Shown here: positions 29,201-43,900 of the stretch, in pieces | How positions within the stretch are numbered: position 1 is the first letter of the stretch | Layout: each line of letters opens with the position of its first letter | DNA from: Octopus vulgaris | Taxonomy: Eukaryota | Assembly: GCA_951406725.2 (NCBI GenBank) | Contig: OX597830.1 | Location: 67,890,001 to 67,954,000 of the forward strand | Length of the DNA stretch: 64,000 bases | Direction of reading: 5' to 3' | Notes under the pieces: model-generated | The model's database searches: none | Seen by the model: the letters and a program-made list of their open reading frames with translations, nothing else | What the model was told of the DNA's origin: nothing | Translations under genes and position numbers: made by a program

Positions 29201-32200
29201 TCAAACCCAATCAAATTTATCAGTATCCTGGAATAATATGGTTGTGAGTTTATTGATTTCATTTTGCAATTATGCATTTTCCGGTTCCGCCCCAATTTGT
29301 AACACCTTGGGTAACTGTCTTTGATTATACCTATGGGATAACCAAAGATTTGTGATTGAGATTGGCAGACCTCATCCATCACTCAGCTTGGTATGTCACT
29401 CTGTTTCTTCTCTGACTGAAATAAAAATTCGGATCTATACCTTACACTCTCTATGATGTATGAGGCAGAGGATGTTTAGGATCGATCCCTCAAGAATTGC
29501 ACAAATCTGAGTATTCCTAATACACTATCTGTCACTAGCATCAATCACTCTGTGAGCACTTAAAGTTATTGGCTACATCCTTCTTGCTTGAGTCCTTCCT
29601 CCTCAGGGCCACCTCTCCTCAACTAACATGGCTGGGAAGGGAATTCTCTCAGTATTCTCAGATCCATGCTGAGATATATCTTATTCCATACTTGCATAGG
29701 ATTTATCTACAAAATACTAGCAGCTGAATCTATTTTATTTGTAATTCCAAAGGATTTATCTCTTCTTTGTAATAATAATTCATTTTGACTTGTTATAAAG
29801 GTTTTCTAGCTGAGCTGTTTGTTGCTGTTGAAACCGAGGTCAAGCTTAATTCAACAGACCTATGTTCAAAATCATTCCAGCAATGACCATCTCCAGTTAT
29901 CAATATAGAATAAAATATGCTGGCTGCTGATGACTATATCTGAAAAAGGCTGAATAAGCATATTGTTGTATTTAGGTTTTTGTTTCTTTCAGTTATGAGT
30001 TCAAATTCTGCTTGGGTTGTATTTTTGTTTTACATGTTTTGTCAAGGACTGATTAGAAAATCGATAATTGAGTTCTAGATTGATTCAGTATATCATATCC
30101 TTACTTCCATAATGAGGAATATATCAATGATTAGATTAACCGCAGTTAATGACTGGTGCATATTTCATCAAGCTTACACGGACAAAGAGAAAATTCAGCC
30201 TTTTTGTGTGAAGCCTGAATGTGACTGAATATAACAAAATGCCATCGGGTATTTTGTCCAAAAACATACTGTAGTTTTAGAATAAGAAATAAATGTTTGA
30301 ATATAATTATTGATCTCTTGTTTTGCAGATGCCTGGATCATAAGTGAAGGTTTACATAGTGGAGTTGTGAAATATATTGGGGAAGCTATATCTGATAATG
30401 AAAATAAAGTGGCTGACATGAAAAAAGTGAAAACCATTGGTATTGCACGGTGGAACTGTGTACAAAACAAAGAATCCCTAGTGAATAAGGAGGTAAATTT
30501 TTGTTTCAGTTATTTTCTTTTTTTAACTTTTTATCTAATCTTTTCTCCATATTAACATTAAATATTGATTTATAACATTTTACTGTTAATGTTTGAATGT
30601 TTAATATTAATTATTAAGTTTTAACATTTAAACATTAGATTACATCAAGGAATCAAGAAAAGACCCTTATAATTTCCATTCATGTTACAATGCTCATTTT
30701 GTGATAAAGGAATTAATATAATATATTCAAGGTTTTTGGTTTTTGTGTGTGTGTTGCTTTTCTATTTTACTTGAAGTGAAAAAGTAAAATGATTGAGTGA
30801 ATAAGGTGTTAGATTACCAGACCTTAGAGAATGAGTTCTATTCTACTTCAGGTATTTCATTGTTTCTGGGAAAAATACCATATTCTACATAGCCTCAGTT
30901 TCCTTAGTTATCAAGAATAAACACATCAGTTTGGCAGTGTTCCGTCTCTTCTCAAATATTATCAATCATCTTGGTCGCTTGTTTGACATTGGATCTAGTT
31001 TCTCGTTCTGCTTAGAATTTGTGTGCAATGGACATAACTCAAAAATTAATTCGTTTGTCTAGATTTACTATTTCTAAGAGATTAAAGGAGTATGTGGTTA
31101 TATAGCAGAGAACTCTTGCTAAATACAGCAGGAGCCTGGTTCTATGAGCATTATCTCAGGAGCCTTATTTGTTTTTGTTGATTCCTGGGATTCAGTCATA
31201 TTATTTACATGAATCAAAGTAGTAAAAATAAAGACAACACATGACTTGTAGCTTTTTAATCTCTAACCACCACCTGTTTCAGAAATCCTTCAAAGACCCT
31301 AGATACTTCACTTTTCCCTTTGTCTAAGTTAGAAATATTATAACAATGAAAATATAAAAAGAAAGAGGTACCTTGAGGACTGTAGGAAATTTGAATTAAA
31401 CTGGGGAATATGCTAGGTGGAGAAGAACTTTGTAGCCAAGTTTCCTCAACTTCTGGAGCATCATTAGTGAAACCTATGGCCGAGCATTGTCACGAAGAAT
31501 GATTGGCTCTCTTCTGTTGCCTTGTCTGGAACGGAGTAGTAGCAGTTTTTTGTTCATTTTGCGTAAAAAGTAAGCAACATTTTAAATCATGAAGAATTTG
31601 TACTGGATTTTTTTCAGAGTTTTGAATTATTTAAAGCACTTTATTGCAATTGTATGATAATATAGACATAGACTTAACCAAATGCAACGGTAAATTAACA
31701 TTGATATTTCTTTAGCCGTTGTCAGAATCATCTGAAATGGAGTTGTCAATGCGCGATATTCAAGCAAGTTTGCTATTCAACTTCAAAATTGGATGCAAAG
31801 CAGCTGAAACTGCTTGTGATATCAACGAAACATTTGTTGAGTTGTCATCTCGAAAATAGTTTAAACGATTTTGCAGTGGAGACTAGGGCCTTGAAGATTG
31901 TGAGCGTAGCCCATCTGTCATCGATTACAGTAAATTAAAGACCGTCATTGAGAAAGATCCCTGTACAACGACCTGAGAACTAGCACGTGAACTTCACGTT
32001 AACCAGAAAACTGTTTGAAACCATTTGTATGCAATCGAAAAATCAATAAAGCTCGACAAATGAGTACCACACGATTTGAATGAATATCAGGAAATGTACA
32101 GATATGAAATTTGTTCGTTGTTTCTTCTCCGTAACCAGACCGAACCATTTTTCAACCATATTGTAACTTGTAATGAAAAGTAGATTCTGTACAATTATAA

Positions 32201-34311
32201 AAGAAGTTCTTTGCAGTGGTCGGAGTAATATGGAGTACCTAAAACCTTTCCTAAACCTGAGCTCTTCAAAATGGTTATAGTGACTGTTTGGTGGTTCACT
32301 GCTGGAGTCATCCACTATAATTTCTTTAAACCCGGAAAAATCATTAACTTAGAAACATATTGCCATGAAATTGCCAAAATGAACAAAAAACTGCTACTCC
32401 TCCGTTCCAGACAGGGCAACAGAACAAGGCCAAACATTCTTCATGACAATGCTTTAATGATGCTCCAGAAGTTGAGGGAACTTGGCCACAAAGTTCTTTC
32501 CCACCTAGCATATTCCCTAATTGACAGATAAATTATCTGTCAATTACTCTGAAGTAAACTGGCTATATGAAAGAGTTATACTAGCTCCAACTAATGACAT
32601 GAGCTTCTTCAAAGTTAACAGATACATCAGAAATGACTTTTTGATCAATTGACAACAGTCGATCAAAATCAGGTCCTTCAATACTTGTTGAATTTTTGAA
32701 CACACTTAAATCCATTGGGATGCCACCGCATAGCTTGACATTAAAACTGGGTGCTCCCATTATGTTGCATAAGAATCTTGACCCATTTAGCCTGTGTAAT
32801 GGAACTCACTTAATTGTTACTTCCAAGAAGCCCCATGTCCTTCAGGCAACAATCATAACAGGTAGTCACAAAGAAGAAAATGTCCTTATTTCAAAAATTC
32901 CTCTCGTACCTACAGATGTTCCATTTGAATTTAAGAGGCTTCAGTTTCTAGTCAAACTAAGTTTTGGTATTTCAGTTAACAAATATCAGAGTCAATCCCT
33001 CAAAGTAGTTGGACTTGATCTCTCCACTACAAACTTCTCCCACGTCCAACCCTTTGTTACTCCCTTGCGAGTTGGAAGCAGCAATAATTTATTCATTTCA
33101 ACACCAACAAAAAATGGCACAGTGAATATTGTTTACCCTGAGGTGCTTCGGCATTGACAGATTTTCAGTTCAAAATTCTATTAACATTACAATTTGTATA
33201 TTTATTGTTTACTAATGTAAATAAGAAATGCAATAACCCAGACAACGTCGGTCATTCAGCTAGCATACACACGCACACACAAGCATGCACACACACACAT
33301 ACATATAAACACACGTATACATAATTATATATATACATGCCTTCATATATATGGATATTTATATATATATATAAATAAAATAAGAGGCTTCCAAAGAGGA
33401 AAGCCTTGTGCTAGAAAGAACAGTAGAAAAACTCAAATCACCAAATAAAGATAAATTCTTGAAAGGAATGAAAATTAAAACGTTTACCATCTCAATTATT
33501 TCCCAGGCCATGGTTTCTAACTATTTCCAGCAAAAAAATATTCACTGAAGGCCAGTTTTATCAGTGGGACAGCCTTTAGATTTCAAATATACACACAGCC
33601 AGTTCCACATGTAAAACTAACTGCCTGTATATCCTAACTTTCCAGATCACTGCGCAGACACAGATTATACCCGGCGACAGAGAGGATGCCGATAAAAATT
33701 TCGAACAAATTTCTCAAGGAATAAACATAATAAATATCAATAGGGTAATAAGAAATTATTATTACCAGTGGCCTAGCACAAAAACGAATTAGTCATTAGA
33801 CTATATATTATTCACATAGAAATATAATGTCGCCGGGTATAATCTGCGTCTGCGCAGTGGTCTGAAAAGTTAGGATGTACAGGCAGTTAGTTTTACATGT
33901 GGATCTGGCTGTGTGTATATTTGAAATCTAAAGGCTGTCCCACTGATGAAACTGGCCTTCAACAAATATTTTTTTGCTGGAAATAGTTAGAAACCATGGT
34001 CTGGGAAATAATTGAGATCGTAAACGTTTTTAATTTTCATTACTTTCGAGAATTTATCCTTATTTGGTGGTTTAAGTTGTTCTACTGCTCTTTCTAGCAC
34101 AAGGCTTTCCTCTTTGGAAGCCTCTTATTGTATTTCTATTGTATTTCAGAGGTAAGTGTTGGTCGAATATAGAGCGGAATTTGAAATTAAATGAAAGACA
34201 ATGGAGAGATTATGCATTCTCTTTACCTTGTCATTTATTTTTCAACACACTTTTTTATATACACTTATACATGTGTATATATGTAAGTGCATACGCATGT
34301 GTGTATGTGTG

Positions 34312-34351
<40 letters not shown>

Positions 34352-34930
34352 GCACATGTCTTAGTGGCTAAGTGCTTTGCGTATTTGACTCACAATCGTA
34401 AGGTTGTGAGATCGAGTCAGAGCAGCGCGTTGTGTCCTTGGACAAGATACTTTATTTCACGTTGATCCGGTCCACTCAGCTGATAAAAATGAGTTGTACT
34501 TGTAACACCTTGTCACATTGTGTGTTCTGCTTCATCTTCAAGAGAACAATGTTAGGGATGTGCGTGTCTGTGGAGTGCTCAGCCACTTGCACGTTAATTT
34601 CAAGACCATGCTGTTCTGTCGATCGGATCAACTTCTTATCGTATCCAACAGAGTGCCAGTTCTATAGGCATATATGTGTTTGTGCGTGTGTGTGAGTGCA
34701 TTCATATATGTATGTATATGTATATGCATATATGAATCTATATATCTGTGGAATGGTGTATGAATGTATGTGTGTGTATGGGAGGCGTGATTATGCATCT
34801 GTATAGCAATTCATTAGAGTTCCTCTTTCTAATGTCTGGGAACATCAAAATCTCCCCCACCAACACTTTCAGTATAACTCAATTTATATTCTGATACTCT
34901 CTCTCTTTTTATCCCCTTTCTCTTTTTCCA

Positions 34931-34996
<66 letters not shown>

Positions 34997-37900
34997 TATT
35001 TTTCTGTGTCAGAACAAACACAATAAATATATTTTTAGACCATAATGATTTTTATAATAAATATATATATATATAAAACTAAAATTTCGATTTAATTTCC
35101 AGGGATTGTGGCCTGCAAACTATTCTAATGGAGGAGAGTACGCCTTGGATCCTAATCATACACATTTTATCCTTGTTGATGATGGTACCAACGACACTTC
35201 TGGGGTAGAACTTGAATTCAAAAAACAGTTAGAAGATACTATTTTACAAATCAAAAGGCAAAGTAAGTTGTTATTAGAGAAATAAAACCATAAAATATAG
35301 ACCGGAAATGAAATATTAAGGATAACTGGTTAAGTTTATATATACATCATATTAATTTACTCTCTTTAATAGCAAACCAGTCTTTTATTGGTTATAGTTA
35401 GGTTATTATTAATAGTTAACATCTAAACAATTCTATTCTTCTATGCCAGTGTTACTCAAACTGTGTCGCGACACATTATTGTGTCGCCAGCAGGGCGTGG
35501 GTGTGTCGCAACCGCACAGGAAATCAATATATAAGATACCCAATACCAATTTATTTCAGCTTTTCGTAATCTATTTAATCGTAGAGTGAACATGTCAATG
35601 CAGGTCCCTACTGGCTATCATATCCCACTTCATATTTAGTGGCAAGATTAAAAAACAAAAAGATAAAAAAGGTAGAAGTAATCTTCATTATATAACACTC
35701 ATTTTTGTTGTATTTTATTCAGTGTAAAAGAATTAACATATTTCAAGCGCTATTCTCTTGTTCGAAGTAAATCGAAAATCGATTAAAAATTTTCAAATCC
35801 GTACCTGTTTTAGTGAACAAAGCACACTGGAACTGCTTTCAAATTGCCTAAACTTATTACTCACCTATACTGGTATTAGGCATTACTGATAGTAAACTAA
35901 TAATTATGAAATCATATTAAACACATGCCACACTTGCTCCTTGTTCATCAGTCTCGCTAGTTTAGCCTTAGGAACCGGGTGTTCTAATTAAGGGCAACGT
36001 ACCATCTCTAACTTTATCGAGTTTAGTATTGGTGATATTATTACATGTTTAGTTATCATCCTCATCATCATTATCATGATCTTAACGTTCGCTTTCCATG
36101 CTGGCATGTGTTGGATGGTTTGACTGAGGACTGGCAAGCCAGTAGGCTGCACCAGGCTCCAATCTGATCTGGCAAGCTTTCTACAGCTGGATGCCCTTCC
36201 TAACACCTACCACGCCGAAAGGATAGTGGGTGATTTTTGCATGTCACCGATACGGGAGCCAGTCAGGGACATTCGACACGTTCAGATAGTGCTTTTTACG
36301 TGCCACTGGCATGGGAACCAGTCAAGGGGCACTGGCATCGACCACATTCGGATGGCACCTTTTACGTGCCATCGGCACGGGAGCCAGTCAGGAGGCATTG
36401 GCATAGACCGCGTTCGCATGGTGCTTTTTACGTGCCAACGGCGCAAGGAGCCAGTCAGACGGCACTAGCATCGACCCACGCTCGAATGGTGTTTATTACG
36501 TACCACCAGTACAGGTCTCAGTCAGGTGGCACTGGCTACGACTACGATTTCGACTTCACTTGACTCAACAGGTCTTCTCAAGCGCATCATATCGCCCGAC
36601 GATCCAAGGGTACTTTTAAATGGCCCGGTTATGCAACAGTGGCATCTGCCATGGCTTCAATCTCACTTTACTTGCCGGATCTTCTCAAGCATATCATATA
36701 TCCAAAGGTCTCGGTCTCTTGTCATTGCCTGTGAGCCCCAACGTTCGAAGGTCATGCTTCGCCAACTCATCCCATGTCTTCCTGGGTCTACTTCTTCCAC
36801 AGGTTCCTTCCACTGTTAGGCTGTGACACTTCTTCACACAGCTGTCCTCGTCCATATGCAACACATGACCATACCAGCGCAGTCATCCCTCTTGCACACC
36901 ACATCTGATGCTTCTTATGTCCAACTCTTCTTGCAGGAAACTTTCACTCTGTCGTGTATGCACACTGACATTACACATCCAGCAGATCATGCTAACTGCA
37001 TTTCTTTCAAGCCTACGCAGCTTTCATTACCATATCTATAGGTTTTAGTTGCTGTTGCAACTGCACCATAGAGGTCTTGACATTTTTTCTCCATTTTCTT
37101 ATCCATTACTGGTTGACATGCAAGAATAAGAGAGCAATCTTTTTCTTCAATTTTATCTGCATCATGTCTTAGATTTATAACCCTGTGGCATTCTTCTGCT
37201 ACTGCCTGTTGAGTTAATATTTGGTCCTATTCCAATTTCGTTAATATCTGGAACGTATATCTGCATGTTTGCTTGCAGTAAATCCTTGAACAAAATTTAG
37301 ACATTTGAACATATCCGGAGTTAATTCCTTTAGGCTGAATTTTTCATACACTCTGTTAACAACTCCAGAATAGATGAGGAAATCATCTTTTATGATAAAA
37401 TTCAAACATTGCCAGCGAGTACTGAACAGGGGACTTCTTTCGGTGAAAATGTTCGATAAAAAATTGTTTCATCGAAACAAATCTCACTTGGCTTCTCTGA
37501 CAGAATATAATTACTATATTTTTCATTTCGGCAGGGGATATCTTTCTTAAAAGTAGTCATACTTTTTTCATCAATCCAATTTTTACATTCTTCTTTGAAG
37601 ATTTCTTCATATCTTCGAAAACATGCAGAGAAAGCAATCATTTTTCCTGGTTTGTAACTGAATTCTTCATTTGAGTTTGCTACACTGTCTGGCGTGTACA
37701 AACCTCAAGTATTTTCAGACTTCTTCAACATTAATTCCAGCAGCTGTTGGTTTTGTTGTTGTTGCTGTTTAGTTACTGTTGTTGCTGTTGCAACTGCAAC
37801 ATAGAGGTCAATAAGTCTTCCATGCTAAAACGATTTTTTTCTTTGGTTTTGTACCATAAAAAATTTTAAGCATCCAAAGCAAGCTTCGAACAACTCGTCG

Positions 37901-40900
37901 TCACTTTTATTTCCTGGCTTTGAATATATAATTTAATGAGGCAGGGGGAAAGAAATATTTACATGACGCAATTCGATTACTATTACACGAGGCTCGACGC
38001 TCTCAATCAACAGCTTACAGTGACTTGCTTCTATGAACTCATCAGTTGTCTATTTAATAGAAATGTGTCAGTCTACTTTTAGTCGCATGGAGATGGTTGG
38101 AAACCTTCCACAACAGAAGAGATAGATTAACTGTAGATTGAGTAATATACGAGATAAATTAATTTAATTCAGGGAGAAATTAATGTTGTCATGTGTGTAT
38201 TTGCAAAAAATACGTATTTATACAAATGTGAACGGAACCTGAGGAAAAGGAAGTAAAGACGTGTGACAAAAGACGGGAAAATGACCTTCAGAGATAATGA
38301 GTTTCACAGAGGAGATTGGCAAAAAACTGAAATGTTTGGTAATATGGGGTTGAGAAGATCAGTCCATCTGGGTGAAATTGGGATAAAATTGAGGCCTTAA
38401 AGTGATGTTGTTTATGTCTATACCTCTGCATATGATCTGTGTCCCTGATGAATCTCTCCCCTGCAAAATATCTTCCTATACCCCACTCTCTCTCTATCCA
38501 TGTTCACCTCCCACTGTATTTCCTGCCTCTCCATCTTCTACTCACCTTTCACACTCTCACACACCTACCTACTCACCCTGTCCAGTCCTCCGTACCACTT
38601 CCCATATATACACCTCCCTGTAATTTGAGGGAATACCCCAACACATCCTCACCCACTTCTCCTCTCTGTTTCCACCAGGGGTAGCCATATATCTCCTCTT
38701 CTGCAACATGCCTGTTTCTGGTTCTTTATTCATGCTCTAACTTATCACCTGGCACAAAGCCACCTCACTCAATATCAATCACTCCCCCTCAGTTGAAGTG
38801 TCTTCTTTTCCAAGTTACTCGGTCACCTCTCTGGTGTTGGGGCCACATAAAAAGCATCCAGTAAACTCTGTAAAGTGGTTGGTATTAAGAGCATTCAGCA
38901 GTATAAACCATGCCAAAGCAAATAGTAGAGCTTGGCATGGTCTTCTGGCTTGCAGTTCCTCTCAAACCATCCAACCCATACCAGCATGGAGGGAGGACAT
39001 TAAATGATGTTGGTATAGACAACGACGATGTTGATGATGGTGATTATGATACTAATTTATGTTTTCTAAAACCTGCTGCTAAAATTTATAGTTTAGTCTA
39101 GTTATACTTTATACATTAGTCAAATATATTTCATAATATTTTACACCTAAATCAAGTTATACTTTATATCTGAATCAGAGATGTTGTGTACCTTAATCAA
39201 GTATTCATTACACCTTGATCATGTTATACTTCATGCTTTAAAAGGTATATATTTTTAATTAAATCACGTATGTTTTTCATTCAGTAATCGGGTGTATGTT
39301 TTACCCTAATCAGGTATATTTTATAAATTAACCAGATATATTTTGTATATTAATTGAGTTATATTTTTCTGTATATACTTTCCCGACAGAAACCACGATT
39401 CCAGCTGTTGCAGTAATGGTTGGAGAGGAACTTGAAACTCTGAAGTCAGCCTATGATTCACTATCTCGCAACATCCCTGTTATAATAGTAAAGGTCAGTA
39501 AATAGACTATTATCTAAATAAGGTTACTGGAGGTTTTTCCATTTATAATGTTTACATATCTAAAGACGTTTGTGGTTAGGAAAAATAAACGGAAGAACTA
39601 TGTATTTTGTTGGTGCAGAATTTTATATAAATATCAAGCTGAATAAAAAGTAAGCAACGCTTTGAAACATGAAATTCAGGACAATATAGTTCAACAACGG
39701 GGAAATTTAAGTACCATTACAATCAACACATTTTACCAATGACTTACAAGTTTATTTATTCTGATAACATAAAAAAAACTTAAAGATGATGAACTCTTTG
39801 AAAGCATTTACAACATCGGTTTGATTTTGGAACTCCTTCTTTCGTATGAAATCATCAAGGTTTTTGAAAAAGTGGCAGTCGGTTGAAGAAAGGTCTGGGG
39901 AATAAGCTGGCTGGGGAAGAACTTTGTAGCCATGTTTCCTTAACTTCTGGAGCATCATTAGTGAAAAGTCTGATCGATCATTGCCATGAAGAATGACTGG
40001 CCCTCTTCTGCTGACCAGTCTGGGATGGATGAGTAGCAGTTTTTCATTCATTTTGGAAATTTCATGGCAATATGTTTCTGCAGTAATAGTTTTTCTAGGT
40101 TTGAGGAAGTTATGGTGGATGAGTCCAGCAGTACACCACCAAACAATCACCGTAGCCATCTTTTTGAAGAGCTTGGGTTTAGGGAAGGCTTTCAGTGCTC
40201 TATTTTAGTCCAGTCACTGCGAAGAACGTTTTTTATTATTGTACAGAATCCACTTTTCATCGCAAGTTAAAAAATGGTCGAAAATGAAGCCGTTTGGTTA
40301 CGGAGAAGAAGCGAGAAACAAATTCAATAGCTGTGCATTTTCTGATTTTCATTCAAATTGTGTGGCACCCATTTGCTGAGCTTCATTGATTTTCCAATCG
40401 CATGCAAATGGTTGCAGGTAGTTTTCTGGCTAACTTGAAGTTCTTTTGCCAGTTCTCGAGTGGTTTTACGTATCTTTCTCAATGACAGTCATTAATTGAG
40501 TGTTATCGATGACAGATGGGCGTCCACTATGCTCACGATTTTCAAGGCTCAGATTTCCACTGCGAGATCGTTTAAACCCTTTTCAAGCTGACCTCTATAT
40601 TTGTCATTTCTTCACCAAATGTTTCGTTGTCATCGTGAACAGTTTCAGCTGCTTTACGTCTTTTTTTTATGATGAATAACAAACTTGCTTGAATATCGCG
40701 TTTTGACAATTCCATTTCAGTTGATTGTAACATTTTCTTTATTGCCCACAGGGGGCCAAACATAGAGGGGACGATACAAATGACAGAGGGGTCGATAAAA
40801 CGAATGTTTTTTCAAAAAATTTTAATAGTTAAAAATTTAAGTTAAAGATTTCGTTTCGACCCCGCAAGCCCTATGCCACCACTGTAACCTTTCGTATAAC

Positions 40901-43900
40901 CTTATAGATATACTATGCGGATTCATTCTTCTCAACAAACTAAGCCTTCCATCTTCCATATACATCAGGTGGTAAATGAGGACATTAACCAGTCCAAGGC
41001 TGGCGAGGAAGATGCCAGTCATGATTCCTTTCACGTGGGTCTTCCATACCACTTCTTTCGCTATAGTGACCACAGTGAGGAAACAAACCTTACCTTGTTT
41101 TAAAAGATGAAGGACGAACATTCTTTACAATCGATTCGGAAGACAGTTGTACTCTTCTCAGCCTTCACAGCAGGTGTTCAACGTAAACCCATATTTCGGA
41201 AATTTTGGGGCATTGCACAATTGCATGCAGAATGGTTTCCCTGTCCTGCTCGCATCTTGGGCACATGGGTGAACAAGGGACATCATATCTTGCGTGTTTA
41301 TCAGGAAATGGTAAGGCTCCTCGGTAACTGCCATGCCAGGCCAGGGGTCCTTGGAAGTTACCCAGGGGTCCTGGCCCGATTGTCCTTCGGAACAGGCCGG
41401 CTAGTTGACCATTATCAAAGCCTAGAGTCTTGTCCAGGATGTCGTCACACTGATCCTCTACCAACCCTCTATAGAAAGATGAGGTGGAATTCCCGACACT
41501 GGCATTGCTCGTGTGACAGAGAAGCTTGAGTGTCTCACGACACTCCGCTTGCCATGCACCCCACTTAATCCAAGGCCCTAGTTCACTCAAACTAGTAAGC
41601 TCAGGAAGTAACGACCGAATGAATGAAGACCGCGCTTGTTCACCATCAAGGTAGAGCCACAGATGTCTCAGTGCATGTCTGCGCATCAATAGCTAAGGCC
41701 TAGCCCACCCTTTAGCAGGTACTGGCAGCAGGCAGAGCGCTTTACAAGAGGACTTCTACCCTCCCACAAAAAGTGGAAAAGCAGCCTCGAACGGGGGCAC
41801 GGCACGACGGTTAGGCGGTATGTAATCCCAAGGGTGATAAACACTCTTGCAACTTCCGCCCTTCCTTTCAGTGATACCCACCGCTCAGACCAGGTCTGAG
41901 TTCGATGGATCACCCTGCTTGTCACCTCACACCAATTCTTCCTTTGTCGATATCTTTATTTTATATTCTACTACTGACATTTATTGTGTTTCTTTGTCGA
42001 TAAATTTACTTTATATTGTCACATATCATCTCTAAAGAATTGTTTCTAGAACAATTTAGTTCCATCTCATACCAAAACAACAGTTGACTCTATCTATTTT
42101 ACTCTTGTTTCCACAACCTAGGCCTGATGGTGTCACTGTATATCATCCCTGGATGCGTTACAGCTAAGTTCACATTAAATTCATAAAGGAGACATCTTTA
42201 TTGGTTGTATGTGTGTATTGTTTAGAATTTCTCAAAATATTTGTTCAATACTAAATTACTAAATTAAATCCAAGATTTAATTTTAATGAATTCTTTAAAT
42301 TTTTCCTTTTAATTAACAGGGTTCTGGTAAAGCAGCAGACATTATGGCAGATGTTTATGAAGCACTACTCAAGAAAGATGAAGAGGGCAAAGACATAACT
42401 GAAAGGTTTGTTCTTAATTTGGATAGAATGATAATTTTGTTCATTTGGATGGAATGATAATTTTGTTATTGCTGTTGTTTTTTCTGTTTCTGTTGTTATT
42501 AAAATGTGGTCTTTTGGCACGTATTAGTCCTCATAAAAAGAAACCCTGAATATAAGTAATCCAGCCTTTACTATCTTGTGTATCTAACAACACAACCTTA
42601 TCCTGCAGTATCTGTCTCCATTTAAGCTGAAGGGGTGTGATTAGAGAGGGATATAACTTATATTTTTGATAGGTTGAGTGACAAGGTAATTTGCTCCCAC
42701 ATTGGCTTGCAACTCACCTATTATTAGGTTGGTGCATTATTATTGTGGCTTTTTTCAATAAATTTTATTTAACAAAAACAATAAAAACATTTAACAAATA
42801 ACATCTTTAAATGATTATTCCAACCGGCTGCCAAGCAAATGGGAAGCAGTAATTTAAGTAGATGGTGAATATGCTCTGGAATAATCATTTAAAGATGTTT
42901 TTGTTAAATGTTGTTATTGTTTTTGTTGAATAAAATTCATTGAAAAAAGCCGCAATAATTATGCACCAACCTAATACTACAGTTGATAGTTTGATTTTAG
43001 AGCTGGTATTCATAGCTTTGAGGATATTCATAGCTTTGACTGAAACTGATGACTCATCAGATTTCTGTTACACAATACTCAAATTTAAGGCAGTATGACA
43101 TGACACTGCTAATAATCAAGGCTCCATATTTGCTGGGGAATGATAGTGGATAAAGTTGAGGACATGCCTGGAGGTGTTTGGATTTCTTCTCTATTTCTTT
43201 TTCTATCCAATTTAAGGGATCAGATCAAGCAGTATCATGACTTACCCTTATGAAACAACACTAAAGCATATTGATAGAACTGGTTAATATGAATTAATCT
43301 GGTATGGGTTTAACCAATTCTGGGCCCACTGTCTCTGGTTGTTAACTTAATTCAAACACTGAAGTACCTGGTGGTGGTTCAACAGGACCACTTGGTCCTT
43401 CACAAACTTTAACAGAATCCACAACATTGCAAGCATTCAGGCCAGATTATCAGTGTGGAAATAAAATGATGTCTTGATTCACAGCATTTTCAATTCATGG
43501 CATCACTATTTACTAACAGATTGATGCTAAATGGTTCTCCAAAAGAGGCCTACCACCATATATGACAGAAATACTCTGAATAACATCTGTAGAGATAACT
43601 CCTATTTCTTGTCAGGCCTACCCACACTATAACTTTCAAGTTAACTATTTACAGGATCCAAGAATTGATTAACAACAACCCATGAGTTGGGGTTTATCCA
43701 AGAATTTCCCTCACCAATCTTCGATATCCTGTAAAGATTATGTGTTGTGCTCTTCCTCCTTTAATCAAGCTCCATTCCATCAAGAGGAACGTCCATCAGC
43801 TAACATCATTCATCATCTGTGTCACTAACAGAGTAACCTGGCTAACATTAATTCTAGTTAACATATCTTGCTAGTGACATCAGTGTAGACCTTATATTAT

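Larger units (their letters stand above)
33379..34129. repeat. Long inverted repeat: ~300-bp arms (33379-33679 and 33828-34129), 148-bp spacer; probable inverted Penelope-type pLTRs
   Basis: Arms are reverse complements with scattered mismatches, and each contains a hammerhead motif. Confidence 0.9.

Noticed and set aside
32696-33157. PIF1 helicase as a host gene
   Set aside because: It is a degenerate intronless fragment followed by a Helitron-type hairpin and CTAG end.
35447-35520. hAT-like terminus cagtgttactcaaact with a small palindrome
   Set aside because: No matching second terminus or target-site duplication was found.
36234-36536. Regularly spaced repeats resembling a CRISPR array
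   Set aside because: Whole units are homologous with no unique spacers, there are no cas genes, and the context is eukaryotic.
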